Assembly (NCBI GenBank): GCA_028534125.1
Contig: CM052817.1
Span: 70,124,001-70,188,000, forward strand
Direction: 5' to 3'
From: Lama glama
Taxonomy: Eukaryota
Length of the DNA: 64,000 bases
The notes under the pieces were generated by a model. The model searched no databases. It was not told the DNA's origin and saw only the letters and a list, made by a program, of their open reading frames with translations. Both the position numbers and the translations under genes were made by a program. Shown piece by piece: positions 40,186 to 53,654 of this stretch (position 1 is the first letter of the stretch; each line of letters opens with the position of its first letter).

Positions 40186-41699
40186 AGCTTGCTCCATCTT
40201 TGATGTGCCTGCAAACAAACGGGCAAATTTTGCCACTGACCTGCTCAACTGATGGGCTTTCCCATTTACCAGGGTAGGTTTGGATCCAGATTGAATTCTG
40301 TGAAGTGTTCTGCTTGGTTTGTTGTGGTTCTTGGGACATTGGCAACTAGCAACGGCTCTGAGTTGGCCATCAGCCATGAAGAGGCTGTGACTGTCTTGGA
40401 TTTGTGCCTTGGGCTTCTTCTAGAGAAGCTCTGTAAGACTGGCCTCCCAAAACCTGAATCCAGCTGTCATTACTGCAGATTTCTTTGGGAAAAATGAAAT
40501 GGGCAGCCGCCCTTGAATTTTGGATAACTCTCTTTTTTTGGAACAAAAGTTTTCACTCAGTTAAAAATTAACTGCATAGAGATAGAGAGAAACATTTTGC
40601 TATGCAACTTACTAAAGTGAGTGTAAAATTTTGGAAATGTTTAAACATAGATGGACATTAATGACCTCAAATTATCCTTAGAAGAAGTCAGCCTTAATCA
40701 TAAGTGATCAGGAACAGCTAGAAAAGAGGTGACTGGTGAAAGTTAATTCCATTTAACTAATTCTTGTACTTCAGAGTGAAATAGACTTTATAGTAGAAGA
40801 ACAAAGCAAAGACATTTAAGCAGTTGGATATAGACACATCAAAGACTGAAATTTTTGGAAATGTAGTGTCACTAGGACAAAAATTGAGTCTGTGAACCTA
40901 CCAGTGGCTTTCCCATTAGAGCACTCAGCTGAGAATCGTTCAGCATGGTCCTCCTCAAAGGGTCAGCCCTCCTCAGAGAGAAGACTTTCCCTTCCCTCCT
41001 AAGCCTGGGTGCTTAGGTTTTGCTCTTCCACCTCTAAACCCAGTAAGTTTCTGTGATGCTGATGGATCCAAGGGGACATGCATGACACCAGGACCTTATC
41101 CTGTTGCTTTCCCAGAAAACTGTTAAGGACCACCATTAGGATCTTTTGTACCAAGCAGTTTTTCTGGCCTGCAACATCCTATCAAAATCAGTATCTCTCC
41201 ACAGAGGATTCTCCTCATTTTCCTCTCCGTGGGATGGACTTCCTCCCATTGCTGAGTTCCCAGCAAGAAACCTAAGGCTCTTTTGTCTCTCTTCCAAAGA
41301 AAATTTGAATTATCTATCATTATCTAAGTGATTATGTATTTTTTCAAATGGAAACTTTGTTGAATTATAATTCCTAGGTTCGTGTTTGGAAAATAAAGTT
41401 GATTAAAATATTTTTTTAAATAGAAAAACACTTGAAAGTGTGAAATATAATCACCCGAGTCTCTAATGTAAATTTCTGGGATTTGTTTTGGAAAAAAGAG
41501 TAACTTGGGGGGAGGAAAACATAGGAAAATAACATCTGAGATAGTGCTTGGATTTAAGAAATGTAGATGATTACTCTTATTTTAACCACCTTTAAAACTA
41601 GTGTGTTAATTGGCCCTGCTCCTGGGGATGAAAAACTCTAAAATATTTGTAAATATGAAATCAGAATTTTTTTAAAAAAATTTCACACTTTCAGTTTAA

Positions 41700-42815
41700 G
41701 TCAAAATGAGCTTTTAATGGGCAAATCCTCTTCCATCTTTCTTTCTGCAGCCTGTGATGGAGGGACCACTTCCTTCTTAAAACTTCTTCACTTCTCAAGT
41801 GAAAATTCCCATCATTCTGAAAGGTTGAATCACTTCTGACTCTTCTTTCCCCACATAACCCTCTATGCTATTCTGCGGTCTTTCCCTGGGAGATCTCATG
41901 ATTTCTAGCTCTCTAGCTGCAGCTCTAACCTTCATCTTAACTAAACATCTTCATTTTCAATTGCCTTTCAATATCTCTTACACTATGTCACCAGCACTTC
42001 AAACCCCAAAAGTACAAAATGTGCGTTCATTTCCAACTGTGTTCCTCTACTTGAATTTCCTAGTATTATTATCAACTTCCCAGTCATTCTGTCGGGAAGT
42101 ACTGGTGCCTCCCTTTATTTCCCACATCCAGTTTTTTATCAAGAAATATTTTTAGTTTATATGCAAAGGTCTCTAAAATATCTTTCTTCATTCTCATGCC
42201 CACTGGCACTTGCATAATCCAGATTGTACTATTCCCTTACGGGATAAAGGACAGTACTCCCTACTTTTTGTGCTTGCCAACACACTTTCTTCTATTCAAG
42301 AAATCCTTTGCACTCAAGCTTGCGTTTTCTTTTTAACTTTTAGCTTGGTTTTTGTAGCTCATTTATTTAGAAACTTTAATGACTCATTATTGTCTACAAA
42401 GTAAAGTCCAACTGCTTTCCTAGTGTTTAAAGCCCTCCCCAATCTGACAAACCCTTCATTCATAGTTTATTCCCCAACTCCAACCTTTCATGGATGCCTG
42501 ATGCATTTTCATTACTCAGTGCCTTTCCCGATATCTTTCCCTTTTCTTGTGTGGCCTCTTCCATAGCACCTGTTAAAACCCAAGCCATTTTCGAAATTGT
42601 GTGGAAATGCCTATTTTTGATGGTTAATTTAATCACCTTTTGCTTGCCATTGAGATAACCATTTGCTCGCTCATCTGTTCTAGCACTTACGCTGTGCTTG
42701 GTGGAAGATATGTTTGGCTCTACAGCTGGCTCTGTACTCTTGGAAAGCAGAGACTGTCTCACACACCTTTGTAACTCTGACAGTGCTTAGCATACTGCCT
42801 TGCATAGAAAAGCAA
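41700..42815 (+). mobile_element. L2 fragments
   Basis: Pyrimidine-rich L2-like body: 'aagtaaagtccaactgctttcctagtgtttaaagccctccccaatctg', 'tggaaagcagagactgt..cagtgcttagcatactgcct'. Confidence 0.55.
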
Positions 42816-43764
42816 GTTCACTGTGCCACCCGTAGGAAGCACAGGTCACAAAGCAGAGGACGCCCCTGCTGTTTATCCTCTTGTCGTAAGGTGCTTGGAC
42901 CCTTGTGTAAGTCTGTCTCAGATACATAGATAGGGAATTTGTGGATGCTTAGCGCACCAGGTTTTCTTTTAAGTGTGCGAATTCTATCAATAAACATAGC
43001 AATATTATTAGTATGTCGATGAAAATGATAGTTGACAGCTCATTCATAGAGCCGAGGAGCACTTAAAGTCCACCGTCTCCACTGACTCTCATGAGGAAGA
43101 AATGAGGCAGAGCACCCTCATTTTCTAGATGGAGAGACTGGCGCTAACACACTGGGCCACCCACATGGCAGGTACCGGAGTTGGGAACCACAGCCAGTGT
43201 AGGGCTCCTCTTTCCATACCTTTATGTTCCCTTTTGATTCCATACTACAGTATTTAGGATGATAAATTGTTTTGAAATCATTTTCTTAAAATTCTCCTTT
43301 GAAGAGGAGAGTTTTGAGAGGCATTCCATGAATTCTAGAAGAATGGCAGTTTTCTAGGTTTTTCATTTTGTGAATCTGTGTACTTTTGGCCACCCTAACA
43401 CCATATTTCTAGATCCCTGTCTTTGGTGGTGATGTGTATTGTTTAACCAGTACACAAAGTCCCGTGTGGAGAAAGGACTTTTTGAACCGCAGGCTTCCAA
43501 GATTTGAGTTACTTACTGTCTTAACTTCTTGAGATCATCAGGGTTTACAGAAAAACCTTTTCTTCATAGATTCTGTTAAAGCTCAGCGCTTAGCTGTCTG
43601 AATTACTGAAGTCCTTAATTAAAATGTTTGGAACTGTTGGCAACATTTAAAATTTTGCATATTGTCAGCTGAAGAAACCTATGTACTTTTCACTGGGATT
43701 TTAAAATATGACAAGGAGAACATGCTGTGAAAATAGCATGGAAGAAACTTGTAGAATAGACTTG

Positions 43765-44295
43765 TCTGGTTGTTAGTGACAGAAACCCATCCCCATTACA
43801 GGCTTATGAAGTTGGAACGTCCAAGATTAGAGCAGCATTTAGTCACTGCACAGACATGCAGATAGTGTGTCATCCATCGAGAGTCTGTCCTTCCCTATCT
43901 CTCAGCTTCGTGTTTTCCTGCGCTGGCCTCATTCCTGGTCTGGTTCTCTCCTTGAGATTAATGTGACTACTGTCAACACCAGGCTTACCCTACCAGATTA
44001 GCACACTAACAGAAGGAGAGTATCTCTCTCATAACAGGCCCTGCAAAAGTCTTGGGAGTGTATCTTATTGGTCCAGAGTGGGTCACGTGCCCACCCCCAA
44101 ATCATTTACTGTGGACAGCAAGATGGACTGCTCTGACTGGCCAGGTTTGGAGCATATGCTCATCTGTGGACTGAGATTGGGGTCAACTTCAGTGTATCCT
44201 GATGGACTGTGAGAAGAGGAGAGGCGGTCTCCCAAGAGAAAATCAGGGAAATGGCAAAAAGGGAAATGGATCCTGAACAGGAAAAAGCAACAAAA
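43765..44295 (-). mobile_element. MLT1 (J/K-like) solo LTR
   Basis: 'ggttgttagtgacagaaaccca..gggtcacgtgcccacccc..gactggccaggtttgg..ccaagagaaaatcaggg'. Confidence 0.7.
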
Positions 44296-45655
44296 GAGTA
44301 CAGTAACTTTTTAGTTACCATTCCCATAATCTAAAATATGATAATTTAGCAAAGCCCTAAATTTTAATAGTATTAATAGAGAAAATGTTATTTAAAAAAT
44401 CAGTACCATAAGTAAATTTACAAACTTATTTTTAGCCTACAGAACAAGCTTTTAAAATAATGGTAATAAATTGTCTTTAGTCATTAAGACATTAATTAAC
44501 TCATTCATTCTTGAAACTCCTTTTGAATGTTTAGCCAGACGTTGTGCTAAATCCTGCAGGTACAGATCCTTTAAGATTAGGTACAGGTTCTAGTTGGCAT
44601 CAATCTCCCACATGTTAAAGCTGTTGAAGTAAGTAAGAGCTCTTACTTGGTAACTGGATAGAAATTTCAGTTGTGCCTTATACTGGAGGGTAGTGTAACT
44701 TAATTTTTAAAAAATGTATGTGGTAAAAAGTATTTTGTTAACTTAGCATTTTTAATTGATTCATCTTGGCCTTGCTTTTAGTTAAGCCAAATTAGTAATT
44801 TGACCAAACGGTGTATTTCTTAAGCTTCTTATGTCTCAGGAGTTCAAGATGACCATATAAAAAGGCAAAAATTTTTATATCATTTATGCTTCTTTTATGA
44901 TGATTAAGCTATGATAGGCGATCGCACCTTCTAGCATAACTGATCTTTTTGATGATCGATCTTTACTCTGTGGCGAGTCCTTTAATTTTTGAACCAGTTA
45001 TGCCCAAACAAAGGCTGTCTTTCTTGTTTCAATTATAGTAAATACTCACATTATTTATTAGGGGAGGATTATGTAACATTTAAATGAAGGCCCCAATCCA
45101 TAAAATACCTGTCACAGATGAAAAACATGTACGTGGGTAAGCATAATGCATTCATTTGTAGGCTATGGATCGGCTCTCCCTCAAGGAATGTTATAAATCC
45201 ACGCGGTGTCCCTGGGCGACGGGGCTAGCCGCAGCATCTGAAGCTGTAGCAGCCAACGTGGCCCAGGAGCTCCCCGCTGGCTGCACATCTGAACAGCTTC
45301 AAAAGTACAAGTTTCCCCATCAAAGGTTTGGAATAAATTACACTAAAAAATTGGCTCCAGAAAGAGTTATTTTGGATAGGACAAGGTGAAGCTCTCATGA
45401 GGTGTGTTAAATGAATCCCTTCTGTGCTGTGGGTGTCTGCGGGATGGTCGGTGAGGGTGGTTAGAGGCTGTGGGGGAAGTGGGGGAATCTAACCCCACAC
45501 ACGCTTGGGCACAAATGCCAAATCTACTGACTGGACAAGGGTTTTGAACATTCAGTTTCTTAATAAACAGCTTTATGACTTAATATGAACATGTATCTTA
45601 TGAAAGACTGATCTTTTTCCTGAGACTTTGTTTTCCAAAGAATGTCTTTTCCCGT

Positions 45656-46554
45656 CAGCGGAGTGCTGGAGCCAGCTAGTACCAGCTGACGAGAGCTGAT
45701 TGTTAAGTTTGTAGGAATTTTGTGAGCGAGTTGTTACACACGGATGCTATTAAAAATTAAATTATATAAACTTAACAATTATATAAGGTATGTTAAAAAC
45801 AGAGGTAGCAAATACCCCAGACTTACCACTTCCCCATTATTTTACTACTTTTCAATATGACTTCAGCTCTTGAGGTCACTTTCGTCTATCACACTATATG
45901 GTGGACATGGCATGTAGTGGTGGGCACGGTGGACACGTCATACAGGCTTGTGCTGCCGTGTTCTCTTTACAGCCCCACCTTCAGTGACATCACGGAGGGA
46001 TTATTTACATCATGGAAACTGACTACAAATCAGGGTTTAATTTATCATTCTATTGATTATCTAGACCTAGGAAAGTGATGGAGAAGATGTGATTAATGCA
46101 TATTAAATTCAGTCATGTGTCGTGCCTGTAGCCATTACATTGTGAGTAGCCCCCAAATTGAAGAAATATTCTTCCAGTATTCAAACACTATTATCTAATT
46201 CAACAAAGCAGTTGCTTACATCATCAATGAACAAGTGTTATTCTGATATATGTCTTTGTTATTTATTACTCCTTAATACACATGAAAATATTAATTAGCC
46301 TACTTTGGGAATTACACCTGTGTGGTAATTGCAACCATAACTTGTCTGAGAACACGAGAGTTAGATAAAAATCAAGGAAAGCATTCTGTAAGAAATCAAT
46401 TGACTACATAGAATTTATAATAGAGGTTTGTATATTTTACTTTTTTATAAATTGTAACCACACATTCTTTATACTGGTAAAATTTATACTAAACTTATGC
46501 ATACTTTTTTTTCCCTGGAGAGCTGATTGTTAAACTTTTTCTAGCATGCCACTG
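45656..46554 (+). mobile_element. MER63 long form (about 0.9 kb), hAT-Blackjack
   Basis: TIRs 'cagcggagtgctgg' and 'ctagcatgccactg'; 'gagagctgattgttaa' near both ends; MER63 body. Confidence 0.85.
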
Positions 46555-47374
46555 CCCACAAATAAAGTTGTTTCCTACTTCTGTTTGGAATTTTCCTCTG
46601 TTTTCCCAGAGCCAAAGTTTCTTCTGTGTTAGATCCTGGAGGAGGTGCTAGGGCACAAGTGAGGGACAAAGGTATCTGACCTGCTTGAGATGGCTCTCGG
46701 GACCCCCACAAAATGAACTACAGCTCTGCCAGAAGAGATGAAAAAACAGGCAGTCTTTCTAGCCATCCCTCTGCAGGCCTTAAGTGTGGATCTTATTCAT
46801 CAGAAGACTACATAAAACTGTCTTCTTATTGCATTGTTTTTCTCTGTTACTCGGAACCATGGAGCCATAGTCCATCTCCCAATATGTGCTTCAGACCCTT
46901 TGCAGTTCGGTGACCTCTTATCCTTCCTTTTTTGTGCATCCCACCCCCAGCTTAATAGTCTGGTATCTGCTGATGCCACCAGCTCTGGCCCACCTCATGT
47001 GAACCGGGCTACTGCACCACTCCCCACTCCCACCACCCAGGGAGGGTAATCTCGAAGCCTGCTGGTGGGTAGTGATGATTTCAGAGGTAGGGGCTCTTTG
47101 GACCCCATTTTATCAGTGGCTTCTCCAGGGACAGTAACCCCAGGGACAATGGCAGGGAAAGGAGAAACATGGTGGTGGCCACATGGTAGCTGACATGCTG
47201 GTTTGTGGCCCATTTGAGGTGCCCTTTGGGTTAGTCTAAGTATCAGGGTGGACCTTGGTGTTTAGAGGGAAAATGGACAAGATTTTATACTTTCAGGGCA
47301 TGTTCCAGCATTCACAGATGTTTCAAAATGGTCTTGCTGTGATAACAACTCCTGAACAGAGGCGAGATTGTCCA

Positions 47375-47545
47375 GGCCCTGGGAAAAGACCTGGAGTCCA
47401 GGGACCTTGTTCTACTCCCAGTTCTGCTACTGATGAGCCCTTTGGCCTGAGACAGGTTATTTTGCTTCCCTGGGACTTAGATTTCTATAAAATGATCCAT
47501 GGTTTCCAGTAGTAAAGGTCCCTTCAAACTCTGTCATCCTACGAC
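47375..47545 (+). mobile_element. MIR fragment
   Basis: 'ctggagtccagggaccttgttctactcccagttctgctactga..atttctataaaatg..aaggtcccttcaaactct'. Confidence 0.65.
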
Positions 47546-50044
47546 TCTCTGTCTCTAGTTCAACAGTTAGAGAAAATGAAGCACACATCTTCGGTCAAAA
47601 AGTCAAGGGTAGAGTCTCGCATATTGGTCATATCAATTCTTTGATTTCTAGGCCTCAAATCTTTTATGGCAGTAGGCATAAATCATAAATAATTCCAGGC
47701 TACTACTCCCAGATTTCTTAGAAGGATCAGAGCACTGACATTCTTTGGCAGATGAAAAAAGAAATTCAATTATCTGGAATGCAAAGAAAAAAGAATATTC
47801 TCTCTTGTTGAAAATCTTTCTGAAGGGCAGTAGCAGTTTTTCTTGCTTTAGTAAGAACAGAGAACATAGCAGTATTTCTTCCATCATCACAGCTCTGTTC
47901 TGCTTCAGGATTAAGATTCTGAATACGAATGCATTCGGTATTGTATGCTCTGCCTGCAGAAGATTTAAGAGATTGGCCTGAGTATGTACTGTCTTAAGTG
48001 TACATGGAGATATTTTTATCAATCATATCTGTGGTTTCTGTGAGTCACTTCAAGTTTATATATTTCTCATGTAATTGGGATCACCAAAAATGTCTAAGCA
48101 TTTGTTCCATTTCATTGAGTTCATTAAGGCTCTAGATGTTTAAAGAATTTAGAAGCATAAAACGTTTTGTACATGATCCTGGGTATTGGGGGCTTTTTGT
48201 GGGTTCTTAGGTAGGAAATGGAACTGACAATCATCATTCCCAAGCAGCCAACTACCGGACCAACCAAAGAAACCAAATCTCTCTCCCCGCCTCCACAGTT
48301 ACATTCCTGTCAAATGCAAGACATTTCTTTTTCCGTCTAGTGTTGCTCTCTTGATACAGGCAAGTCCTGATTGTCTCTGTGTCGTTTGCTCATTTCATCA
48401 ATTATCCGAATAACTTACTACTTCTCTTGCCTACCTGTTAGCACCTTTGTCCATAATGAGAAAAGGTGTCAAACTAGTTCACTTGGCTATACGTTAGCAG
48501 TTCTTGCATTAGTTTTAATAGAGAGAAGGTTGAAATGAATGGATAAAATGAAGACTTTGCATTATTCCTGCATTTCAGTTATTTTGTGTCGGCCCTAACC
48601 CATGTTTCTACAGGTATTTGAAAAGTTATTTTCACGTCTGTACTTTCAAATTTTTAAGATCACTTTGTTAAATGTCAGAGACCCAGCCTTGCGAGATGGT
48701 GGCAGGACTGTTAGATTGCTCTGCCTCCTGGCTTCATTCTAGGTAATAAATCAATAGTAACTCTTTTGAGTCTTTCACCTTTTTTTTTTCTAAATAATTT
48801 TCACTGTGGAAAAGTTTAGATAGAAATATATCTGTCCATCTATATCATGCGTATTTTTTTTGTGAAAAGGGTAATGGAATACAGAATTGCCATACATGGG
48901 TTATTCCCGCTATGAATTAGTCTCTTTTATCTGTCTCTGACCAAAACAGATGTTGGCAGCCTTTCTATCCCAGCTCTCTAAGTCAGACTAAGACTATCAG
49001 TTCCGCTTAGGAAAGCTGTAGGGAAATGATTTAACTCTTTCAATAGACCCTTACTAGTTTTTCCCTTGGTTCCTTTTTATTATAAACTACAAACAAAATT
49101 AGAATGCATCTTTATGCAGCAATAAAAGAAAAATAGTAATATTAAAAATACATCAATACAACTCTAGAGGGAAGTGAATTTTTATTCAAGGACTTTCAAG
49201 AATTCTGACACTGAAAAGACGTCTTTGCTTGAGGAGGCAGCTAAGTGTGTTTCCAACTTAGAGTCAAGTTCATTTGCATAGAATACCAAAAGAGCCTTTT
49301 TTTTTTTTTAATTCAGAAAAACAAGTATCTATCAGAGTGTGGCAGGATGCATCTTGCTAGGATTCTACTCTTTTCTGTAGAAACTGACCATTTAAAAAAG
49401 TCATTCTGTGATTGGTGCCACAGTAAAGCTCTTGTACCAGGATTCTGCGACAAAATGTAAATTAAAGGAATGTGAGAAATGGAGAGACTAGAAGGGAAAG
49501 AAAGGATCAAAGGGTGAGGAAGGAAGGGGAGATTATTAGAAAACAATGTTTGAAAAACACATAGCAGTCCAAGAATTCATCATGGAAGGAAACAATCTCT
49601 TTAGATTTTAAGTTAAAAAATACTCTGTAAGTTACCAAATAAAGACATTAAACATTTTCCAGACCATGCAAACGAAAGAGGAAAAAAAGAAAATGATTTC
49701 TTAGACTCTAGGTAGTTTCAAAGAATTGATCTCACTTAATTCTCACAGTTATCCTATGCAGTGGGTAACTCTGTCATTACGCTTTCATAGAGTTCCCATG
49801 CCAGGGCAGCTGTGCGTTAGACTCCCAGGTCACTGGTTTTGTGGAATAATGCTTCTGTTGGCCCATTCCCTCCCCTCTAACCCTTCTAGGAATATTGGAA
49901 ATACAGGGCAGGAAGAGCCTTGAGCTTTCTTGCCTGAACCCTTCCAACAAAGTCATCAAACTCTAAGCATAACTAAAGATGCAATTAGTCACCATTCACC
50001 AGTAAATGGCATCTGGAAATTGGGATTCTCCAGACTGCTAAAGT

Positions 50045-50270
50045 AAAAGCTAAGATTTATTGACACACTTACCATACGCCAGGCGCTATGCTAAACCCTT
50101 CACATACATTACCTGATTTAATCCTTTCAGCAGCCTACAAGGTGGGTGCTATATTTTTTCCTTCTTTTCAGAAACTGAGAGTATAGAGGTTGTTAGTCAT
50201 CTGATATCACACAGCCAGTAAGTGGCAAAATCTGGCCTTTTTTATTCCAGAACTGGGATTCCTAACACTC
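50045..50270 (-). mobile_element. MIR SINE
   Basis: 'atttattgacacacttaccatacgccaggcgctatgctaa..tttaatcct..gaaactgag..cacacagccagtaagtggc'. Confidence 0.8.
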
Positions 50271-50584
50271 TTCTCTCAAAACTTAGCTCTGTTGGATGTT
50301 GTCCTTCGTTTCCCTCTCAGTCCCTCTCCCCTTCTCCAGGAATCTCATCACAGAACTTGGAGGTGGCTCTCCTCCACCACAGCCCCTGTCTCTAGCAGGT
50401 GTGCTGTGTGACACGAGAAACTTCACAGAGAAGCACTTCCTGCCTGTGGTAGGTGATGGCCAAACCGTGACTTGCTGATCATGAAAGGGCCTCCAAACAT
50501 CAGAGGAAGTCACGGATGGCAGGAGAACACTGACTTGTCCAGGTCACACGGTGCTTCCTCCGCACCATCTAAACTGAAGGACTT

Positions 50585-50737
50585 GGGGGAGGGCGTAGCT
50601 TAGTAGTAAAAGTGCATGTTTGGCATGTACGAGGTCATGGGTTCGATCCTCAGTACCTCTGTTAAATTAAAAATAAATAAACAAACCTCATTGCCTCCTC
50701 CCCCAAAACAAAGACAAACAAACAACAAGAAAACAAG
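50585..50737 (+). mobile_element. Camelid tRNA-derived SINE (Vic-1-like)
   Basis: 'ggggagggcgtagcttagtagtaaaagtgcatg..gaggtcatgggttcgatcctcagtacctc' with A-box-like and B-box (ggttcgatcc) motifs and A-rich tail; 15-bp TSD taaa(c/a)tgaaggactt at 50570-50584 and 50738-50752. Confidence 0.85.
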
Positions 50738-51704
50738 TAAAATGAAGGACTTAACCAGAAACAGGAGAAGCACTTCTGATTCCCCTGGAGATGACGAGAA
50801 AGCAAAAAATTAGGTATCTCTAGATGAGATGGATGGTGACAGAGTGAGAGAGTAGTGAGTCTTCTAGGTTCTCGACTAAGAGTGCATCACGTGCTTCTAA
50901 GAGTACAGAGGAGGCTGGATCAGTCTGTAAGGAGTTATGGCCACGTTAATTGTATGGTTAGCACCGTGCTGGTGGCTCTGATCACTCTACAACGATGAGC
51001 AGTTATCACATGTTCATCACAGATTATATTATATTCTGTATTGGACAATAAAATGGCCAAAAGTAATGAAATTCATTGCAGGATGGCCTCTGGAGTATTT
51101 TTGGCATATGAACACCATTTTAGCTATGTCACAAAGGGTTTGGGATTGTGTATCAGGAGGTCATAATTAGAGAAACCAGAGGTAAATACAGGTACCTGAA
51201 GTGGGCGCTAATTAATCACAGGGACCTGGATTTGGCTCAGGGTAGAATCAAGATTCCTGATTTCTAAAACAGATCAGTTTTTCAGCCTCTTCCCATCGTA
51301 TTGAAAGGTCGGGCTGTTTCTCTGGCACGGCATGTTTTGAGCCTGCTACAGAGCTGTCGGTCAGCAAGACTCTCCTGCGGGGTGAGTCCTGCCCACTGTC
51401 CTTTGAGCAGGCCACATGTCCAGCACAGCTGTGCTGGCCCTTCAGGCAATTTGGATAACATCTGTTCTGCCGGCACACTGACTAACTTCCATGCTGGGGA
51501 CGTCATCACAGAGCAAACTGTTGCACATTTGTCACTAGATTGTTCTTTGTGTGTAGTCCTCTCATATTCCCGTAGCTGACGACAAAGCGTCATGTGTGTA
51601 CAGAACAGCCGCTTCCTGATGACGGTACTAAAATTCAAATTCTCATTGACATCATGGGGTTTTGTTTTCCTAGAATTCCTCCCTCTTCTTTCCACAAGTA
51701 AGCC

Positions 51705-52440
51705 CCTGTTCCATTCTAGGGGCTGGGGATACAGCAGTGAATGAGACAGGAGATTGCACTCTGGTAGGGGAGATGGACAATGAACAAAATAGTTTTCAAA
51801 GCAGACAAAATAGGGAATGTTTTAGAGAGCACTTGGAGCTCTACCTTAGAGGGCTGGTTGGGGATGGCCTCTCTGAGGAGCCAGTGAGCCTGGAATGAGC
51901 ACTCGGAGCCAGCCAGGAGGAGACCTGGCAGTGCACTGGGGGCAAAGAGAAGAAATGCACAGTCCTGGGAGGAGAAGAGCCTGGCAGTTTCCTAGAACAG
52001 AAATGGGTGTGGACTCCGTGAATCTGGTGCAGAAGTAGGAAGTGAGACCAGAGAGGCAGGCAGGGCACAGATCATGTTGAACATCGGAGTCCCTGAGAAG
52101 GAGTTTAGATTTTGTTTTAAGTATCTTGAGAAACCACTGGCGACTTCTGAGTGGAGGGATAACGTGATGTGATGGCTACTTCAAGAAGAGCACCAAGGCT
52201 GTTGCTGAGTGAGGGGGACAAGGAAGGGAACAGGGCAACTAGACGGAAGTGGTTCTGGTGAGATGACGACGGCTTGGACCAGGGTGATAGCAGTGGTCGG
52301 ATCTGAGACTGAAGATACAAGATCCATAGTGAAGACACTGAGATGGGAAGAGTGAGGAGGCTCACTTTCAGGGGTCGGGGGAGGGTGGAAGCCAGAGCTC
52401 TGTTTTGGCCATGACACTATTGAGATGCCTACGGTAGGCA
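51705..52440 (-). mobile_element. L2 LINE fragment
   Basis: 'ggctggggatacagcagtgaatgagacag..gatggcctctctgaggag..aaggagtttagattttg..gttttggccatg..ttgagatgcct'. Confidence 0.75.
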
Positions 52441-52744
52441 AGAGGAGAATTGGCTTGGAAGTCACTTCTGTGTGCCAGAAATTAAATTCAAATTCCTTTA
52501 AAAATATGAAGCTACCTCAGTTACAGTAAAAATAAAAATATTAAAAAATCTCGGTGGAGTCTAGAAAATAAAAACTTGGGAAATGGCACTTTTAGAAGAG
52601 GAGAGTGGTTACACTATGTTATTGCAGTTTATTGTATGAACATACATTTACGTATGAGGCACATGAAATCTGTGCTATATAAGCACAGATTACAAAAAGT
52701 AAGTCCTAAGACCTGGGCTCAGAAAACTCACAGCCTAGTGGACA

Positions 52745-52781
52745 GCGCACACGCGCGCACACACACACACACACGCGCGCG
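52745..52781 (+). repeat. Mixed (CA)/(CG) alternating purine-pyrimidine tract, 37 bp
   Basis: gcgcacacgcgcgcacacacacacacacacgcgcgcg read directly. Confidence 0.9.
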
Positions 52782-53622
52782 AACAGACACTTATTTGCGA
52801 GCTGCTTCTCTGCCTTGTACTGGACAGAAGCTTTCCACTAAGTGTACGTGTCATTTTCTTAGATGTCGAATGAGGAACAGATCCCGTGTCTAATCCTCCA
52901 GGTCACTGGAATCAGCCCCGGGGTCGGTGGGATGACATGCTGGAGGCAGTCTACTCTCGAATGCTCACATGGTGTGCTAGAGCGTGGGAAAGGTATGTGC
53001 CCGTACCAGGAACCAAAGGAGCTCGCCGAGAGATCACAAACCTTTGCCTTGGGGCTGGGGAAGGCTTCACAGCAGAGGTGACACTTGAGATGCGTCTGAA
53101 ATGATGAGCAGGAGTTTGTCAGCGGGCATGGGAAGAATGGGAAGGTTGTTTCTACCAAAGGAGTTTCCAGACTGAGGGTGTGTCCTGGAGAAAGTCAGCC
53201 CAAAACATTTTTTTCATCTTTGAACACACTGCCCAGCTGGACACATAGATCCAACCGATCTTTACTAAGTCTGTTAAGCTACTCTTTTTACTTTTGAAAT
53301 CTGCCACTGCCAGACTTCCAGTGTTTCATATATGCATTAAAAATCCCAGATTGTTGTTATTTATCTGACTTGTGGGGACACAAAACATATTTTCATTCAA
53401 AGCTTTGATTGAAGAATATTCTTCACACCCTCCCATCTCCTATCATAGACAAGATTAATGAAAATGGGGTATAAGTGGATTACTGTAGCATAACTATAAC
53501 CTATTTCCTTTTATGTAAAACTCCAAAATGATAATTATAGGTAATTACTACAGTGTAAACTTCAGTCTGTTCACCTTCTAACCTAAAGCAAGTTCATCTG
53601 GGAGTCACATACTGCAGATTGG

Positions 53623-53654
53623 TGCCTAGTTGCCTAGTTGCCTAGTTGCCTAGT
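53623..53654 (+). repeat. Perfect tandem repeat (tgcctagt)x4
   Basis: Four exact 8-mer copies. Confidence 0.95.

Noticed and set aside
39764..40345. Longest ORF in the track (193 aa, minus)
   Set aside because: Mostly antisense translation of an L1 3' region.
50585..50660. tRNA-like sequence with B-box
   Set aside because: Followed by a SINE body, A-rich tail and TSDs, so it is a SINE head rather than a tRNA gene.
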